A DNA stretch of 41,754 nucleotides from Octopus bimaculoides (GCF_001194135.2 NC_068987.1:9152469-9194222), one strand, 5' to 3'. Counted from the first letter of the stretch, positions 10,306 to 22,224 are shown. The notes: generated by a model from the letters alone, not told the origin. Translations and numbers: made by a program.

Positions 10306-10639
10306 TGGCACTCCGTCGGTTACGACGACAAGGGTTCTAGTTGATCCTGCTCATGACTGAGCATTCCACAGATACGTGTACCCTTAACTTAGTTCTCGGG
10401 GAGGTTGAGCGCGACACAAAGTGTGACAAGGCTGACCCCTTGAAATATAGGTACAACAGAGACAGGAAGAAAGAGTGAGAGAAAGTTATGGTAAAAGAGT
10501 ACAGCAGGGTTTACCACCACCCCGTGCCGGAGCCTCGTGGAGCTTTAAATATTTTCGCTCAATAAACACTTACAACGTCCGGTCTGGAAATCGAAACCGC
10601 GAGTCCGCTGCCCTAACCACTAGGCCATTGCGCCTCCAC
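10306..10639 (-). mobile_element. tRNA-derived SINE family C, with internal deletions
   Basis: Clearly homologous to 11549-11931; reverse-strand head gtggaggcgcaatggcctagtggttagggcagcgg...ggtttcgatttcc. Confidence 0.88.
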
Positions 10640-10670
10640 TATATGTATATATATATATATAAATATAAAT

Positions 10671-10702
<32 letters not shown>

Positions 10703-10704
<2 letters not shown>

Positions 10705-11016
10705 TTGCTGTAGTTTCAGCTCAGAGCTGCGGCCATGCAGATGCACCGCCGTTTTGCTACACTTTTATTACTGAAATCCTCCTCCAATATGTGGCACTTG
10801 GTGAAGAATGGAGTTTGATGTAGCAACCCTCATTTGCACCTCTTGCCGTGAGGTAGGTTCATCTGGGACTCTCGACAGGAAAAGGTCCAGCTTTGATTTA
10901 AAAACGCCTACATCTACTTTGTGCAGGTTCATCAGGCTCTTTGGGAGAATATTGAAAAGCTGTGGACCCCTGAAACCCAGGCTGTTGCAGTAACTGGTCC
11001 TGAAACGCGATGATTT
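10703..11016 (-). mobile_element. 5'-truncated CR1/L2-group LINE: ORF2 C-terminus plus 3' UTR
   Basis: Open frame 11016->10768 encodes KSSRFRTSYCNSLGFRGPQLFNILPKSLMNLHKVDVGVFKSKLDLFLSRVPDEPTSRQEVQMRVATSNSILHQVPHIGGGFQ*. The GPxLFNxLP...FKxxLDxFLxxVPDEP...SNS pattern is typical of the post-RT C-terminus of CR1/L2-group LINEs (from recall); followed by a short UTR and (TA)n. Confidence 0.85.
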
Positions 11017-11393
11017 ATATATAATTCTTCAACAAGAATAGTATTGACAGTGACTTCGAGGACTCGGCCAGCTAAGCCTTCATAGAACTCAACTGACCAA
11101 AACTTCGATGCCACTGTCATTACAAATTTTGTTAAATAATAAATTTGTATTTCCACAAATTTATGTAGTAGGGTGTACTGTGTTTACTTAGATCAGTGAT
11201 AAGTGAACCAGTGAAAAACGAGGATAGTTAAAACTGCTAATCTTTATACACAAATTAAAAGGCTTTATTTTTAGAGCCACAGTTTCCCCACATATTCCAC
11301 AATGGTGGGCGTAGGTGTGGCTGAGTTGTGAAGAACCTTGCTTCTTCCCAACCATGGTGTCTCAGTCCTATTGCGCGGTGATTTCTACTATAG

Positions 11394-12042
11394 CAGTTGT
11401 TTTCAATCAGGGTTCATATGATCCTTGGGTGGTGCGGTCCATATCAGATTTTGCTGTTAAAGTTTATATGCAATTAATTGGTTATACTTCCACAACACAC
11501 AATATCTTAACTTCTTTTCAATACAACTCCTAATAATATTTAATTATGTTGTTGGCACTCCGTCGCTTACGACGTCGAGGGTTCCAGTTGATCCGATCGA
11601 CGGAACAGCCTGCTCGTGAAATTAACGTGCAAGTGGCTGAGCACTCCACAGACACGTGTACCCTTAACGTAGTTCTCGGGGAGATTCAGCGTGACACAGT
11701 GTGACAAGGCTGACCCTTTGAATTACAGGCACAACAGAAACAGGAAGCAAGAGTGAGAGAAAGTTGTGGTGAAAGAGTACAGCAGGGTTCGCCACCATCC
11801 CCTGCCGGAGCCTCGTAGAGCTTTAGGTGTTTTCGCTCAATAAGCACTCACAACGCCCGGTCTGGGAATCGAAACCGCGATCCTATGACCGCGAGTCCGA
11901 TGCCCTAACCACTGGGCCATTGCGCCTCCACTATGAAATTATAACAGGATTTTTTTAAACATCATATGACTTTGAGGTTCCATCTGAGTAAAATAGCAAT
12001 CACAGGGGTTCCATAGTTTTAAAAAAGGGTTGAATACTACTA
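11394..12042 (+). mobile_element. hAT-type MITE (host of a SINE-C insertion) with 8-bp TSD
   Basis: Left end cagttgttttcaa, right end ttgaatactacta (10/13 inverted match); TSD tactatag (11386-11393) / tactagag (12043-12050); body homologous to 25237-25345. Confidence 0.8.
11549..11931 (-). mobile_element. tRNA-derived SINE family C, full-length and young-looking
   Basis: Reverse strand gtggaggcgcaatggcccagtggttagggcatcggactcgcggtcataggatcgcggtttcgattcccag (A and B boxes); nearly identical to 20131-20439. Confidence 0.92.
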
Positions 12043-12159
12043 TACTAGAGCCTCGAGCCGACCAATGTCTCGCGAATGAATATCTGGTACACAGAAACGG
12101 TGTGAAAGCCCACCACATACACACACACACACACACACACAAAGACACAAATGTGTGTA

Positions 12160-12192
<33 letters not shown>

Positions 12193-12499
12193 GTGCGAAC
12201 GTTCGGTTGTGTGTGCGTGTGAGTGTGCGTTTCTTGCATACAACTACTAGACAAAAGCAGAAGCTATAAGACGAGGAGGGTGGTGGTGATGGTGGTAGTG
12301 GCGGTGGTGGCGGCGGCTTATATCTTTTGTGTAACAATTTATAGGAAGTTAATTATGAACCTTGGAGAAATACCTTCTCACAGACTATACAATTCTGCTG
12401 TTCTTTTTCTAATATATGTGCATTTATGAGCAGCCAAGATTGACTTCTGTGAAAATACTACACACAAATCTCTGAGGTGCTTTGTCTTTATATTCTATA

Positions 12500-12910
12500 T
12501 CTTACTTGTTTCAATCATTGGACTGCGGCCATGCTGGGGCACCGTTTTTGAGAGTTTAATCGAACAAATCGACCCAATTTATTTTACACAATTTATATCG
12601 ATCATTTTTGCCGAACCACTATTTACTTCACTGACATAGAGAAGTAGGACTCGTCGAGGACTTAGCTATAAGTTAATTAGCATATCACGAAATTGCCCCC
12701 GAGAGAAGGAAAACAGGAAGGATGAAGAGCAAGAGAGATAGACAGAGATATATATATATACGACGGGCTTCTTTCAGTTTCCGTCTACCAAATCCACTCA
12801 CAATGCTTTGGTCGGCCCGAGGCTATAGTTGAAGACACTTGGCCAAGATACTGAAGCCAGAACCATGTGGTTGGTAAGCAAGCTACTTACCACACAGCCA
12901 CGCCTGCGCC
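12500..12910 (-). mobile_element. SINE family B: tail (12500-12625) and head (12761-12910) separated by unrelated sequence
   Basis: ggactgcggccatgctggggcacc tail; cgacgggcttctttcagtttccgtctaccaaatcc...cttaccacacagccacgcc head. Confidence 0.8.
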
Positions 12911-13202
12911 GAATTGTTTAAATGATTTAATTATTTATATAATCGTACCGGAGTTCATTGTTGAACATGTATCCTCGTTTACTGCTGATTCATTGATCAG
13001 TGATTTAGCATGACACTACACGCTCAATTGTGAACCATATTACATTTATCACGGATTGATCTGTGATAACACGGGTCGGCGATCAGTTGAAGAGTCTGTT
13101 GGTACCGCAAAAGCGCGCCTCAAGGACCCCCCATAATGCCCAGCTACCCAGAATGCATTGCCTACCGTTTGTGTTCACATGATCGTGATGCAAGTTCTTT
13201 TA

Positions 13203-13490
13203 TTCTTCTACTTGTTTCAATTATTTGACTGCGGCCATGCTGGAGCACTGCCTTTTAGTCGAACAAATCGACCCCAGGACTTATCATTGTTTTTAAAGCC
13301 TAGTATTTATTCAATCAGTCTGTTTTGCCGAGCCGCTAAGTTACGGGGACGTAGACACACACTAACACCGGTTGTCAAGAGGTGATGGGGGGGGGCGACA
13401 AACATGGACACAAAGACACGCACACACATACATACATACATACATATATACATACATGCATATACACACGACGGGCTTCTTTCAGTTTCT
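13203..13490 (-). mobile_element. SINE family B (tail, internal microsatellite, partial head), broken by a SINE-A variant tail
   Basis: ttgactgcggccatgctggagcactgcc...cgacgggcttctttcagtttc, then an abrupt switch. Confidence 0.85.
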
Positions 13491-13570
13491 TATTTTTTTA
13501 CTGCCCACAAGGGGCTACACACAGAGGGGACAAACAAGGACAGACAAACGGATTAAGTCGATTATATCGA
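13491..13570 (-). mobile_element. 3' fragment of the SINE-A variant tail
   Basis: ttattttttactgcccacaaggggct...gacaaacaaggacagacaaacggattaagtcgattatatcga is the reverse complement of the A2 tail. Confidence 0.8.
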
Positions 13571-13665
13571 AAAGGAACAAACAACAACAACAACAATATA
13601 AAGTGAGTACGAATAAGTTGTACGCTTAAGGAACTGGCCATACCATCGAATACAGGGAAACTACG

Positions 13666-13920
13666 GTGCAGGCATGGCCGTGTGGTCAAGAAGCTCGCTT
13701 TGCAGCCACGCAGTTTCGGGTTCGGTCTCGCTACGCGGCAACTTCGGCATGTGCTTTTTATTATATCTCGGAGCTGACCAATGCCATGGGAGTGGTTTTG
13801 GTAGAGGGGAAACTGTGTGAAAGCCGTCGTATGCATATGTGTGTGTGTGCATGTGTGTGTGTGTATCTATGTACACTCCTTGATAACTAGCGCTTGTTTG
13901 TACACATCCACGTAACTTAG
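13666..13920 (+). mobile_element. SINE family B, diverged and 3'-truncated
   Basis: gcaggcatggccgtgtggtcaagaagctcgc...ggtagagggaaactgtgtgaaagccgtcg...gtaacttag. Confidence 0.7.
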
Positions 13921-14072
13921 GACAGTGACCATGCTGGGGCACTACCTTGAAAGATTTTGTCGAACAAATCGACTCCCAGTACTTATTCTATCGGTTTCTT
14001 TTTGCTGAACCGCTAATTTACGGGGGTGTAAACAAAGCAACACTGGCAGTCAAGCGGTGGTAGGAGACAAAT

Positions 14073-14108
<36 letters not shown>

Positions 14109-14200
14109 TGTATATACGACAAGGCTTCCACATAGTTTCTGTCTACCAAATTCACTCACGTAGCATTCATTGCCCCAGGGCTGTAATAGAAGATACTTTC
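13921..14200 (-). mobile_element. SINE family B, diverged, abutting the previous copy in inverted orientation
   Basis: ccatgctggggcactacc...ctgaaccgctaatttacgg...ggcttccacatagtttctgtctaccaaattcactcac. Confidence 0.75.
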
Positions 14201-14654
14201 TCCGGGTACTATTCTTTAGGAATGAAGTCGAAATTAAATGGCTTTAAAACGATCTTGGATCGAAAAGTTCCTTCTTTCATCTGTGACGGACAACAATTCA
14301 CTGACAACTTCTGAGACTTAAGCCCACAGACTAATAAATAAACGTATGACCGAATAAAATGAATTAATGAAGTTCCTTTAAAAGTGGATGCAATTTTATC
14401 AGCATTCGTGCACCACCATCTTGCACTTAAAAGAGCTTCCGCTGTCATCTCAATAGAAAATAAGGATTTTCTCTCTGTTATGCAATGAGGGAAGGATGAC
14501 TTTACTGCAGGTATAGTCAAATTACATCCGTCTAAAATAAAGTTGCTACGCTAAATATAGCAAACCAGTTCAACGAGTTTAGAGTTAGTCTTCGGCTAAC
14601 TACTTTCTTATTTTGTGAAGTCTACATATAATTACGGAAACTTAGAACTAAAGC

Positions 14655-14711
<57 letters not shown>

Positions 14712-14744
14712 CATCGTCGTCGTCGTTATTATCATCATCACCAC

Positions 14745-14806
<62 letters not shown>

Positions 14807-14823
14807 CCACCACCACCACCATC
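14655..14823. repeat. Compound (TAT)n(CGT)n(CAT)n(CAC)n microsatellite into gap
   Basis: Direct reading. Confidence 0.95.
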
Positions 14824-15445
14824 NNNNNNNNNNNNNNNNNNNNNNNNNNNNNNNNNNNNNNNNNNNNNNNNNNNNNNNNNNNNNNNNNNNNNNNNNNNNN
14901 NNNNNNNNNNNNNNNNNNNNNNNNNNNNNNNNNNNNNNNNNNNNNNNNNNNNNNNNNNNNNNNNNNNNNNNNNNNNNNNNNNNNNNNNNNNNNNNNNNNN
15001 NNNNNNNNNNNNNNNNNNNNNNNNNNNNNNNNNNNNNNNNNNNNNNNNNNNNNNNNNNNNNNNNNNNNNNNNNNNNNNNNNNNNNNNNNNNNNNNNNNNN
15101 NNNNNNNNNNNNNNNNNNNNNNNNNNNNNNNNNNNNNNNNNNNNNNNNNNNNNNNNNNNNNNNNNNNNNNNNNGAAGTGAAATCGATTAATTAACATAAA
15201 TTCGATCATGTGATATTGTTAACATCCGTTTGAGGGACAGACGACATCCTTAAGTGCAATTAGAGAAAATATAAACAAACAGACAAACAAACAAACAAAC
15301 AAAATAGTCATAAGATACTAAATAACAACAACGCAACCACAAACAAATAAACAAACACTGAACAGTTACATATTTCGATCTACTTCAGTAGCCGTGATTC
15401 AACCAATGCCTTTTGTGTTGCTTGCGTGTATTAAATAGGCCATTT

Positions 15446-15567
15446 TCCATGGTTCCGGGTTCAGTCCTGCCGCGTGGCACCTTAGGCAAGTGTCTTCAAC
15501 TATAGCGTCAGACCAACCACAGCCTTGTGGTCAGATTTGGTGGACGGGAACTGAAAGAAGCCTATTG

Positions 15568-15585
<18 letters not shown>
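15446..15585 (+). mobile_element. SINE family B head fragment followed by (TA)n(TATG)n
   Basis: catggttccgggttcagtcc...gcgtggcaccttaggcaagtgtcttcaactatag...gaactgaaagaagcc. Confidence 0.82.
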
Positions 15586-15643
<58 letters not shown>

Positions 15644-16014
15644 TGTATGTATATGTGTATATATGTTGTTGTTGTGTGTGTGATGGGCCGCCCAATACAT
15701 TGTTGTATCGGGAACGGGAGCTATAATGCTATTAAAACGCCTCTGACTACCGTAACTCTCAACGTGTTTCAGCCTTATGAGACCTCATTAGCAGAATATA
15801 GTTTAACAGTAATTGCAAGATCTTAAAGCACAACATGAAAGGAAATAAATATAAGCCAGCAAAATATGTGATGACTGTGCAGAGACAGTAATTCACTCTG
15901 CTTCTAATTAGCAAGACTTTATCAAAGCTGAATACGTTATGAACATGTCAAAGACAAGGTTGTTCTTTTTAATTATTTGTTACTCTACGAAATCTGTCTG
16001 GTGCCTCCGTTACT

Positions 16015-16213
16015 TTAACTCTTTTAATACCAACCCGCCGAACACTGCCCTATTTCTTTGATACAAGCTTCCTGTTTTAATGTGGTTTAAATTAAAACCT
16101 TCCATCAAATTTTTTTGTTAATTTATGCTTTAAATACCAATTTAATAACGACGTATTTACTTCAGTAAATTCTTCAATGTTTTCAAAATCAACCGACGCA
16201 GAGAAAGGGTTAA
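16015..16213. mobile_element. Possible piggyBac-like MITE (TTAA-bounded)
   Basis: Left ttaactcttt and right aaagggttaa give a short imperfect TIR with TTAA at both ends; single copy in the window. Confidence 0.35.
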
Positions 16214-16734
16214 AAGCTGACCTCAGCGGAATTTGAACTCTTTTCTAAATCAATTTATACGAACCCCAACAAACACACACTCACACGCCCGCATGTACAT
16301 GTTGTTTATTCTCTTCCTCAGATTAACTCAAGAAGCGGACGTAACACAAGATTTTCTTTTCTCGAGACCACGCTCTCTTTCATAGAATTAATAGTGAAAT
16401 GCTTTTCCCACCCTCTTTTCTATTCGCTTATTCAACGAAAACTAGGTGTAATGCAGAAGAAGCGTTTTTTTCCTTTATCTCCCTCCACTCCACTACACAA
16501 ACCAGTCGGATGTAACATAAATCTCTCTTCAAACGTTGCTCAACAAACAGAAAATAAACCTTTTGCCACGCTCAAAATACGGAAATTGTGAACATAAGTT
16601 AAGAAGTAAGTACTATACTAAGTATTAACATAAATAGAGAACATAACAAACAGGTTGTCTTATTTATATAATTAAAAAAAGTAACTCTATAGAAAATCTG
16701 TAAAGACACACTTAAAGGTGAATAAATTTGTATT

Positions 16735-16905
16735 CTGAATGTCGAAATTTATTTCTGTATCCTGAAGCTGCTGAGTGGTACTGCGGACATGTGAGTAGAA
16801 TATCGCAGGAAAGAATCGCAAGACAGATTCTTCAAACCGAATCGACCAGCGGGAAACGTAGAAGTAGACCAAGAATGAGATAGTTGAATAGTATCCATAG
16901 TAAAA
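16735..16905 (+). pseudogene. Decayed RTE-clade LINE fragment (post-RT C-terminal region)
   Basis: Frame reads EWYCGHVSRISQERIARQILQTESTSGKRRSRPRMR*LNSI, matching the RTE motif WxGHVxRMxxxRxxKxIL....GKRxRGRPxxRWxDxI, with a frameshift and a stop. Confidence 0.7.
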
Positions 16906-17419
16906 GTCGGTGACGCTCGGAAATCCAGCGGGAATGGGTAATGACCATATAAAGGAGGTGCCTAAGGACGGTAACCACAAGAATAGTAGGCAGGAAAATG
17001 AATGGATGGATGGGTGAAAGATCAAGGGCACGAAGAATAATGTAAAGGGAATATACCAGAACGAAACCAAAGGTGTTTTGGAAAGAAGAACGATAAAAAA
17101 ACAAAATGGCAGGGGTGGGGGAATAGGAACCAATGGAACAAACACGACCAGTTGAATATTGGAAAGGGAATGAGGTGACCCCCAAACGCGGAAGTAACTA
17201 AATATTGGAATCTCTACAGAGAGACTCCAATGTATGATCGAGAAGATACTTAGAGGGGTAAGTTGAGGAAATAGATCAATTACTCAATGAAGAGGTTAGG
17301 GTTAGGGTTTTGGGAAAAACCTACGAAATATTAAATGAAATTAGAAGAAAAGAGATATAAAAAGACTTCCGGTGTTTAGTATTGGTGGGAGGTTAATAAC
17401 ATTTTATATATTTCCTTTT

Positions 17420-17620
17420 GTCTTTGTCTTAGCCATTGGATTGTGGTCATGCTGGAGTACCGTCTTGAAGGGTTTCGTCGAACAAATCGTTCCTTGTACA
17501 TATTTTTGGAAAGTCTTGTACTTATTTTATCGCCTTTTTCTTTTGCCGAACCGTTAAGTTATGGAAATGTAAACAAACTAACACAAATTGCCAAGCAGTG
17601 GTGGTGGAGGACAGAAAAAG
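17420..17620 (-). mobile_element. SINE family B tail, diverged
   Basis: ggtcatgctggagtaccgtcttgaaggg...ttttgccgaaccgttaagttatgg. Confidence 0.75.
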
Positions 17621-17665
17621 AAAACGGCATACAAATGCGCGCGCGTACACACACACACACACACA

Positions 17666-17845
17666 GTATTTCAAAGGGCCAGCCTTGTTGCACTCTGTGT
17701 CACACTGAATCTCCCCGAGAACTACGTTAAGGGTACACACACGTGTCTGTGGAGTGCTCAGCCACTTGCACGTTAATTTCACGAGCAGGCTGTTCCGTTG
17801 ATCGGATCAACTGGAAACCTCGTCGTCGTAACCGACGAAGTGCCA
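17666..17845 (+). mobile_element. SINE C/D shared tail, 5'-truncated
   Basis: gtatttcaaagggccagccttgttgcactctgtgtcacactgaatctccccgagaactacgttaagggtac...ggatcaactggaaacctcgtcgtcgtaaccgacg. Confidence 0.88.
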
Positions 17846-18719
17846 CGAGATGTGTGTTTGTGTTTGTGTTTGTGTGCGTGTGTAAACCTATTTCCCCCAT
17901 ATTTTCTATTCATTTATCACTAGTTCATTTAACACGGTGTTTTGTTGTTGTTTTTTTAATCAAACACCCGTGACAAACAAGGAAAGCTATGATACAGTTT
18001 AGTAAAAAAACGATTCAGGCGTTACTAACTGTTACATTAATCTTGAGTACAAAACAATACTGAGATTTAGAGTACGTACTCATAAAAAGAGTACATAAGT
18101 ATTATCGATGCCATTCTGGTCAAGTGAACCTTTCACTAAAAAGGCGTTCCAGGCAAGCCCATCCCGTTTCATTTTGGTATTGCCTGTCTAGCAATACATC
18201 ACACAATGTCAGTATTCACTTTAAAGACGGTATTAGGATAATTTCATGACGATTTAGTTGCTATTTCTAGCGGGTTAATGCGACAGCGGAAAAGGCTCAT
18301 TTATTACGTCGATATGGCGTAGCATACTGTAAAGAAGATTGATTCAAGTACACATTGTGTGATATCACAGACTGGCTGATCGATAATGGAAAATACTCAT
18401 CAAAGAGGCTAGCTGTTTTATAAGGAGTCTCCAATATACGTTACTATATATGGTGTGTAGTGCAATTCGATAAAATAGGCCGATAATCTTCTGCGCCATC
18501 GACAACAACATCCGGCTTCAATACACGCCGCGCCTGCGCCTAAATCCATTCTATTTCAGCGTTAACATCCTTTCTCATATTTATCGTTTGATGCATCTAT
18601 CTTCTTGTTTACCCGCCTATCTATCTATCGTTCGATCGATCAATATTGTCAATCCATCGATCGGCTGCTTTATTAATTTCATCAATCAATCAATTTGGCT
18701 ACCTGTTTAATGTACGTTT

Positions 18720-18848
18720 GTATGTATATTTTATGTATATATGAGTGTGCGTGCGTGTGTGCGTGTGCGAGTGTGTGTGTGTGTATTATATACTGTTATA
18801 TTATATGCGATATACATCATATAAATATACTGTACGTGTGTATTACAT

Positions 18849-18879
<31 letters not shown>

Positions 18880-18884
18880 CATTC

Positions 18885-18933
<49 letters not shown>

Positions 18934-18935
18934 AA
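18720..18935. repeat. Compound TG/CA/TA microsatellites
   Basis: Direct reading. Confidence 0.85.
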
Positions 18936-19029
18936 TGAGGCGCTCGCGCACATGTACGCGCGCGCGTACACACAAGCTTGTACATATATCCAAATCGATG
19001 CCATCACCGAGAAGCTTCTCAAGGATTTC

Positions 19030-19150
19030 TCTTTTACTGCGGCCAGGCTGGGGCACAGCTTTCAGTGGTTTTATTCGATTATATCGACCACGTTGTTTAT
19101 TTTCGTCTGGTACTTATTTTATTTGACTAGTATTTATCGAATGGTTAAGT
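19030..19150 (-). mobile_element. SINE family B tail remnant
   Basis: ttactgcggccaggctggggcac...tcgattatatcgacc...tggtacttattttat. Confidence 0.6.
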
Positions 19151-19319
19151 AACACTTTGCCGTAAAAGGATGCCATATGACGCAACGCTTTAGACCGCTA
19201 TCCACAAACACAAACAACACACACTCACATATATATACACATAAATAATTACACATATAATCATACATACATAAATACATACATCAAAAGTTCAGGAAAA
19301 AGAGAACATTTATGGTGAA

Positions 19320-19516
19320 TTAATCTCTTCTACTCTAGGCTCAAGGACCGAAATGTTTGGGGAAGGGGACAGTCGATTAGATCGACCCCAGCACACAACT
19401 GATACTTAATTTATCGACCCCGAAAGGATGAAAGGCAAAGTCGATCTCAGCGGAATTTGAACTCAGAACGTAAAGACAGACGAAATACCGCTAAGCATTT
19501 CACCCGGTGTGCTAAA
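19320..19516 (-). mobile_element. SINE family A, 5'-truncated
   Basis: tcttctactctaggctcaagg...cgaaaggatgaaaggcaaagtcgatctcagcggaatttgaactcagaacg. Confidence 0.9.
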
Positions 19517-19625
19517 GTCAGTTTACAGTCCTCCCTAACAAGACTGTTGGATGCATGCATTTCGGAGTGGTTATTGCTTCTTCAGCAGCAAAGGTCGGAC
19601 TAATATATAAAAATGGGTACATACA

Positions 19626-19996
19626 GGAGCTGCTGTGTGGTAAGTAGCTTGCTTACCGACCACATGGTTCCGAGTTCAGTCACACTGCGTAGTACCTTGG
19701 TCAAGTGTCATCTCGGACCGACCAAAGTTTTGTGAGTGGATTTGGTAGACGGAAACTGAAAGAAGCCCGTCGTATATATATGTGTGCGTGTGTGTGTGTG
19801 CGCGCGCGCGTGTACTCCCACCACCGCTTGACAACCGATGTTGGTGTGTTTACGTCCCCGCAAATTAGCGGTTAGGCAAAAGTGGCCGATTTAATAAGTA
19901 CTAAGTTTACAAAGAATAAGTCCTGGGGTCGATTTGCTCGACTAAAGATGGTGCTCCAGCATGGCCGCAGTCAAATGACTGAAACAAGGAAAAGAG
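19626..19996 (+). mobile_element. SINE family B, near full-length (tRNA-like head, CORE-like segment, internal microsatellite, LINE-like tail)
   Basis: ctgtgtggtaagtagcttgc (A box region), gagttcagtc (B box), gtaccttggtcaagtgtc (CORE-like), tail ggtgctccagcatggccgcagtcaaatgactgaaacaag. Confidence 0.92.
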
Positions 19997-20130
19997 TACA
20001 TACATATATACATACAGATACACATATATGTTTTCATATACCAGTACACACATACACAAATACACACACACACACACAAATACACACAGATTTGTGTTTT
20101 TGTATGGTCACAACCAACTGGCTAGAACTA

Positions 20131-20439
20131 GTTGGCACTCCGTCGCTTACGACGTCGAGGGTTCCAGTTGATCCTATCAACAGAACAGCCTGCTCGTGAA
20201 ATTAACGTGCAAGTGGCTGAGCACTCCACAGACACGTGTACCGTTAACGTAGTTCTCGGGGATATTCAGCGTGACACAGTGTGACAAGGCTGACCCTTTG
20301 AATTACAGGCACAACAGAAACAGGAAGTAAGAGTGAGAGAAAGTTGTGGTGAAAGAGTACAGCAGGGTTCGCCACTATCCCCTGCCGGAGCCTCGTGGAG
20401 CTTTAGGTGTTTTCGCTCAATAAACACTCACAACGCCCG
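20131..20439 (-). mobile_element. SINE family C, head lost in assembly gap
   Basis: Near-identical to 11549-11860. Confidence 0.92.
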
Positions 20440-21282
20440 NNNNNNNNNNNNNNNNNNNNNNNNNNNNNNNNNNNNNNNNNNNNNNNNNNNNNNNNNNNNN
20501 NNNNNNNNNNNNNNNNNNNNNNNNNNNNNNNNNNNNNNNNNNNNNNNNNNNNNNNNNNNNNNNNNNNNNNNNNNNNNNNNNNNNNNNNNNNNNNNNNNNN
20601 NNNNNNNNNNNNNNNNNNNNNNNNNNNNNNNNNNNNNNNNNNNNNNNNNNNNNNNNNNNNNNNNNNNNNNNNNNNNNNNNNNNNNNNNNNNNNNNNNNNN
20701 NNNNNNNNNNNNNNNNNNNNNNNNNNNNNNNNNNNNNNNNNNNNNNNNNNNNNNNNNNNNNNNNNNNNNNNNNNNNNNNNNNNNNNNNNNNNNNNNNNNN
20801 NNNNNNNNNNNNNNNNNNNNNNNNNNNNNNNNNNNNNNNNNNNNNNNNNNNNNNNNNNNNNNNNNNNNNNNNNNNNNNNNNNNNNNNNNNNNNNNNNNNN
20901 NNNNNNNNNNNNNNNNNNNNNNNNNNNNNNNNNNNNNNNNNNNNNNNNNNNNNNNNNNNNNNNNNNNNNNNNNNNNNNNNNNNNNNNNNNNNNNNNNNNN
21001 NNNNNNNNNNNNNNNNNNNNNNNNNNNNNNNNNNNNNNNNNNNNNNNNNNNNNNNNNNNNNNNNNNNNNNNNNNNNNNNNNNNNNNNNNNNNNNNNNNNN
21101 NNNNNNNNNNNNNNNNNNNNNNNNNNNNNNNNNNNNNNNNNNNNGACGCCACCAACTGCAACAACACAAGCACCTTTTTTTTCTTCTAAACTGTTCAACG
21201 CAATAACCCAAAAGGTACTCAGCTGTCACAAGCAATATGATACAAGTGGCCAGACTGAACGGATCGCTATTGCAATAGTCCT

Positions 21283-21296
21283 ACAATAACAGCAGC

Positions 21297-21334
<38 letters not shown>

Positions 21335-21897
21335 CGATGACAACAACAACAACAATATGCTTCCCAGCTTGATTCGTGCGCAGCCAGAAGAGACAGTCAC
21401 ATGCAACCATACATAACGTAAATACATTCAAGCATACATACATACACAACTTGCATACATACATATATACATTCAAGCATACATACATACATAACTTGCA
21501 TACATACATACGTTCTAGCATACGTACATACACAAATACAAACAGACATACGTACACAGGTACATAGATACATATGTACCTACATACTTACATAGATAGA
21601 CGCACACACGTTCATACATACATAAATACATTTGTACGTACATACATAACATGCATGCGCACATACATGATATACACACGTGAGTACATACATACATGCA
21701 CACATTGGGACACTCGAATATACGCTGTAATGCACTAAAATTGTATTCATAGACAGACATTGATCTCCGCACCTCATGATGCCTGCGGGTATAAGCGTCT
21801 GTATGTATGTATGTATGTACATTTGAATGCATGCATGTATTTATGTACGTACGAATGCATGTATCTATGTGTATGTGCGTATATACATATATATATA
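21283..21897. repeat. (AAC)n followed by degenerate (CATA)n/(TATG)n arrays, including a ~45-bp unit duplicated at ~21424-21510
   Basis: Direct reading. Confidence 0.85.
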
Positions 21898-22224
21898 NNN
21901 NNNNNNNNNNNNNNNNNNNNNNNNNNNNNNNNNNNNNNNNNNNNNNNNNNNNNNNNNNNNNNNNNNNNNNNNNNNNNNNNNNNNNNNNNNNNNNNNNATA
22001 TAGGTTATGAGCGATAGTGGTGTCAATTAGACCCAGAGGTTTCAGGTAATGCTGAGTAAGTGCTATGGACAGACCACGGTTAAACTCCAGGTTCGGTGAT
22101 TATGCGAATCAGGAGTCCAACGTATGTGAATACAAGGATTTACTTTTCGTAATGTGATAAAAGACCAAGGGTGTGTATAATATAGAACATTTATAAATAG
22201 AATATGTACATATATATATATATA

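Larger units (their letters stand above)
11307..12110 (+). mobile_element. SINE family B head interrupted by a hAT-type MITE
   Basis: 5' part ggcgtaggtgtggctgagttg...ttctactatag ends at 11393 and resumes at 12051 as cctcgagccgaccaatg...aaagccc. Confidence 0.75.

Noticed and set aside
13048-13071. 10-bp hairpin ttatcacgga-ttga-tctgtgataa
   Set aside because: Isolated short stem expected by chance in 42 kb; no associated feature.
17294-17314. ggttagggttagggttttggg telomere-like repeat
   Set aside because: Only two TTAGGG units; too short to call an interstitial telomeric site.
18848-18933. (CA)n(TA)n(TG)n quasi-palindrome and GAA tracts (cruciform or triplex potential)
   Set aside because: A generic property of the abundant microsatellites here, not locus-specific.
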